DNA of 64,000 bases, taken from positions 19,903 through 83,902 of the forward strand of contig JAFRTK010000118.1 in assembly GCA_017427165.1 (NCBI GenBank), given 5' to 3'. Positions within the stretch are counted from its first letter, which is position 1. Each line of letters starts with the position of its first letter. This stretch comes from Clostridia bacterium. GTDB lineage: Bacteria; Bacillota; Clostridia; Christensenellales; Aristaeellaceae. The position numbers and the translations under genes were made by a program. Positions 60,504 to 64,000 of the stretch are shown here, piece by piece. The notes under the pieces are model-generated. The model was not told where the DNA came from and ran no database searches. It saw only the letters and a program-made list of their open reading frames with translations.

Positions 60504-61991
60504 GTGCCGGAACGGAGAAGACACGCAAAAGACAAAAAAGACAGCCGCCCCATTGTGGTGGATGATTTCATTTACAATGATCCCGTTGAATCTGTCCCTG
60601 TGGATTCTGCTTCATCCGACACACCGGAAGAAGCGTTGCGTAAGCTTCAGGACGGTCGGGGCGAAGAGCCTTCCGGTCAGGAAAGCAGCACGGAATCTCT
60701 TGATTCCGCCGCCGAAAACTATCTGGGGCGGAAAGACGCCTCCGCTCAGCCCTGGGTGTCTTCCTCCGGCATCATTCTGGATGGCAATAACCGTCAGCCC
60801 GTTGATACCATGGGGCGTCGTCCCCGCAGGGAGCACCGCGGCCTGCGCGCTTTGGCGCTTACAGTCGTCACCGTTGTGCTGATTTTGTTTATTGCAGCCT
60901 ATATTTTCCATCGGATTGACAGCAGTATCCCTTTTCTGGATAAACCTGAAATCCTGATCAGCCGGGTAGTTTCTCCTGTCCAGTCATTCTTCTCCCGTGT
61001 GACCGATACGGCAGTCGGATTTATACGCGGCTGGCAGATGAGGGATGATCTGGAAGAGAGGTATATAGCCGAAGTAGCCAGGAATGAGCAGCTGACCTAT
61101 AAGAAAATGCTCGCGGATGAACTGAAAGGCGAACTGGGCCGGTATACGGTGCTTTCCGATGAAGTCCGGAACATTGAAAACCTGAATCCCCTTTCCTGCA
61201 AAATTATCGGCAGGTCGGATACCAACTATTTCTCCACTTTTACGATTGATAAAGGATCTGCCGACGGCATTCTCAGGGAGATGCCTGTCACATTTGAAAA
61301 CTCCCTGGTTGGGTATATCGACAGCGTGGATGAATACCGTTCAGTCGTCCGCACAATCATCGATTCCAATGTTTCCATCGGTGTGGTAATCCAGTCCAAC
61401 AGCCGTGACCAGGGCACGCTGAACGGGACAATCGGAATTGACGGTACGTCCATGTGCCGTGTCTATCTGGTTGAGAAAAGCGAGCTTCCGCGTCCCGGGG
61501 ACCAGGTTGTCACCTCCGGTGTCGGTATGGATTTCCTGGATGGAATCCCGATCGGTGTAATTACCGAAAGCACACGGGGTTCCAAGGATAACCGGGATTA
61601 TATCGTCGTGAAGCCCAATGTGGATTTCTCCACGCTTGACCATGTGGTCGTTCTCCGCTATAAAACAGCCGGACTCGAAGACAGCACATTCTTCCGGACC
61701 GATGAAGATGTTACGGCAGATCATGAACCGGCCGCGGACGACTCTTTCACAGATGATGAACAGACAGACGAATATGACCTGTCAGATGGCTTTTATTCAG
61801 ATGACCTTGAGATGATGGATTACAATGATTATTCGGAAGACATCGGTTTTTCTGAAGGAGATGGTTCTTCCGGTGAATGGGAAGATACCGGTGACGTGAC
61901 CGTTGTGGATGTCACGGAGGAATCCGAAAACTCCGGCAGCGCCGGGGCGGAAGGAGGTGACACCGATGCCGTTTCTGAAGAAGCGTGGTAA
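60504..61991 (+). CDS. mreC: MreC paralogue 1, with long N-terminal extension and acidic tail
   Basis: AAGGAGGTGA RBS and GTG start; TM, coiled coil, TIDKGSADGI, GDQVVTSG, GIPIG, KPNVDF. Confidence 0.85.
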   Translation: MPERRRHAKDKKDSRPIVVDDFIYNDPVESVPVDSASSDTPEEALRKLQDGRGEEPSGQESSTESLDSAAENYLGRKDASAQPWVSSSGIILDGNNRQPVDTMGRRPRREHRGLRALALTVVTVVLILFIAAYIFHRIDSSIPFLDKPEILISRVVSPVQSFFSRVTDTAVGFIRGWQMRDDLEERYIAEVARNEQLTYKKMLADELKGELGRYTVLSDEVRNIENLNPLSCKIIGRSDTNYFSTFTIDKGSADGILREMPVTFENSLVGYIDSVDEYRSVVRTIIDSNVSIGVVIQSNSRDQGTLNGTIGIDGTSMCRVYLVEKSELPRPGDQVVTSGVGMDFLDGIPIGVITESTRGSKDNRDYIVVKPNVDFSTLDHVVVLRYKTAGLEDSTFFRTDEDVTADHEPAADDSFTDDEQTDEYDLSDGFYSDDLEMMDYNDYSEDIGFSEGDGSSGEWEDTGDVTVVDVTEESENSGSAGAEGGDTDAVSEEAW

Positions 61992-63501
61992 GGCTTCAAA
62001 AGATCTTCGTCCGGTTGTCGTGGATGATTATATTTACAGCGATCCGGAAGACTCTGCTTCTGCGGATTCCGTTTCTTCCGATACGCCGGATGAAGCGATC
62101 CGCAAACTCCGGGGCCGTTCAGCCGAAGATTCACCCAAATCCCCGGAAACGGATGTCCATCAGGGAAAAGGAAGTGCTCCTTCCCGGGTTTTCTCTTCCG
62201 GGATCATGCTGGATGAAAACCTGCAGCCTGTGGAGACAGCAGAACGGCGTACCCGCAGGAAGCATCGGCGTCTTCGTGCCGCTGCCCTTGCAGCCGCCGC
62301 TGTAATCCTGGTTTTGGGACTCGCCGCGTTCATTTTACAGCGTACATCCGGAGCGCCCCTCTTCGGCAGTGATGATTCCGTGATCTCAAGGATCATTACT
62401 CCCGTTCAGTCGGTTTTTGCCGGAATTGCCGATTCATTCGGCGGTTTCTTCCGTGAGTGGAAACTTCGTGAAAACCTGCAGGCGGAACTGGACCGCGTCA
62501 CAGCGGAAAACGAACAGCTGACCTATGAAACCATGCTTACAGAAGAGCTTCAGGTCAAATCCAATCTGTACTCTTACCTCAGGGAAGAAGCGGAAGCGAA
62601 TCCCCTGCTTAATCCGATCATTGCCCGGATTACGAACAAATCATCTCCCACCTATTATTCCCTGTTTACCATTAATAAGGGTGCAGCGGATGGCATTATG
62701 CCGTATATGCCCGTTACCTATGATTATTCCCTGGTCGGATATACGGAAACCGTCCGCGAACACGAATCCGATGTCCGGACTGTAATCGATTCCACCGCTT
62801 CCATCGGTGTGGTTATCCATTCGATCAATAATGACCAGGGAACCCTTCGCGGAACGCTCGGACTGGATGATGCTTCCGGGCCTCCCATGTGCCGCGTTTA
62901 CTATATTCCGCAAAACAGTCTGCCCCGTATGTTCGACCCGGTGCTGACTTCCGGGGTCGGCATGGATTTCCAGGAAGGAATTCCGATCGGGGAAATTGCT
63001 GAAAGCTCCCGCGGCTCAAAGGAAAATAAGGAATATATACTGGTAAAGCCCAATGTGGATTTCCCGCATCTGGAATATGTGATAGTGCTCCGTTACGTAC
63101 CGTCCCGGAATCCCGTTATCAGCCAGACAGGCTCCCGCCCTGACATGGAACTGTATACGCTGGAACCGGCTTTTCCCTCGCCCTCGGTTCCCGTGGTAGC
63201 CGCCTCCCTGTTTGACACACCTTCTCCCGAACCGACGAATACGCCGGCGCCGACTGAAGTACCCGAATACTGGATACCGACTCCCACGCCCACCGAGGAG
63301 CCGACTCCGACGCCCACGCTGACCCCGACGCCCGCGCCGACACCCACGCCCAAGGCAACCGCCTATATTCCACAGATTCCCTATCATATCGGCAAACGTC
63401 GGAATGAAGAACCGACCCCCACACCGTCGCCGACACCCGAACCCACTCCGACGCCGTATTACACGCCGGATCCGGAGCTGATGGACTGGGAGGATGATTA
63501 A
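61966..63501 (+). CDS. mreC: MreC paralogue 2, with N-terminal extension and Pro/Thr-rich tail
   Basis: AAGGAGGTGA RBS and ATG 61966; TINKGAADGI, VLTSG, GIPIG, KPNVDF. Confidence 0.85.
   Translation: MPFLKKRGKASKDLRPVVVDDYIYSDPEDSASADSVSSDTPDEAIRKLRGRSAEDSPKSPETDVHQGKGSAPSRVFSSGIMLDENLQPVETAERRTRRKHRRLRAAALAAAAVILVLGLAAFILQRTSGAPLFGSDDSVISRIITPVQSVFAGIADSFGGFFREWKLRENLQAELDRVTAENEQLTYETMLTEELQVKSNLYSYLREEAEANPLLNPIIARITNKSSPTYYSLFTINKGAADGIMPYMPVTYDYSLVGYTETVREHESDVRTVIDSTASIGVVIHSINNDQGTLRGTLGLDDASGPPMCRVYYIPQNSLPRMFDPVLTSGVGMDFQEGIPIGEIAESSRGSKENKEYILVKPNVDFPHLEYVIVLRYVPSRNPVISQTGSRPDMELYTLEPAFPSPSVPVVAASLFDTPSPEPTNTPAPTEVPEYWIPTPTPTEEPTPTPTLTPTPAPTPTPKATAYIPQIPYHIGKRRNEEPTPTPSPTPEPTPTPYYTPDPELMDWEDD
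63220..63470 (+). repeat. Coding Pro-Thr (PT)n repeats in mreC2
   Basis: Degenerate (ACNCCN)n giving TPTPTEEPTPTPTLTPTPAPTPTP and EPTPTPSPTPEPTPTP. Confidence 0.85.
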
Positions 63502-63503
63502 AT

Positions 63504-64000
63504 ATGACAAATACATCCGCCGTCCGGTATCAGTCCGGATTTGCCCGCCGCTATCTTGTTTTTGCGTTCCTTACGGTTTTCGGTTATCTGTTCCAGGTAT
63601 GTGCGATGCCGTATATCAGGATTGCCGGTGTGTCCCCGAATATGCTTTTTGTGGTAATCGGCATCATAACGGTGGCCTACGGAAAGCTGCGTGCCTTCTG
63701 GGTCGGTGCTCTTTACGGCCTGCTGATGCAGATCATGGTTCCCTCCGTCAGTTATCTCAACCTGGGTATCTACACCATTTCCACGCTCTTCTGCTCCTTC
63801 CCTTTTGCGGACAAGCCGCTGAAAACCCTGGAGTATGACAGGGCTATCAACCGAACCCGGACTGAGCTTCCGGCCTGGCTGCGCACCGTACTCTGCGCGA
63901 TGCTGAACACCCTGGTATATGAAACGGTGAACCTGACTTACGTTTACATTACCGGCATCAGCCTGACCGGCACTCATATTTTGCGGGGCCTGCTGGATGT
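63504..64000 (+). CDS. mreD: MreD-like membrane protein (3' end runs off the window)
   Basis: Manual translation MTNTSAVRYQ...FQVCAMPYIRIAGVSPNMLFVVI...GALYGLLMQ; follows mreC. Confidence 0.75.
   Translation, partial: MTNTSAVRYQSGFARRYLVFAFLTVFGYLFQVCAMPYIRIAGVSPNMLFVVIGIITVAYGKLRAFWVGALYGLLMQIMVPSVSYLNLGIYTISTLFCSFPFADKPLKTLEYDRAINRTRTELPAWLRTVLCAMLNTLVYETVNLTYVYITGISLTGTHILRGLLD

Overview
Chromosomal core region of an anaerobic Bacillota (class Clostridia) genome, about 53% GC by eye. The assignment rests on CIRCE-regulated groESL, a T-box-regulated thrS, hprK and a Gram-positive-type Hsp70. About 55 CDS, mostly housekeeping (def, priA, metA, groESL, mutY, argF, pckA-oad, thrS, ychF, uppP, hprK, coaD, rsmD, alr, murC, obgE, maf-mreBCD). 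I saw no rRNA, tRNA, CRISPR, IS element or prophage. Best candidates for undescribed biology: (1) an operon of a lid-less Hsp70, a DUF5685 protein, a J-domain/TPR protein with a Cys-rich tail and a membrane zinc-ribbon protein; (2) an autocleavable XRE-S24 repressor with two 19-bp operators, coupled to a stand-alone LexA DNA-binding domain; (3) a cell-shape operon whose MreB lacks the catalytic glutamate and is followed by two tandem MreC paralogues with unusual N-terminal extensions and different tails. Also noted: strong TCCGGA over-representation, phased A-tracts at the groESL promoter, and an unannotated 50-aa leader ORF. Product calls come from motif recognition only; no searches were run.
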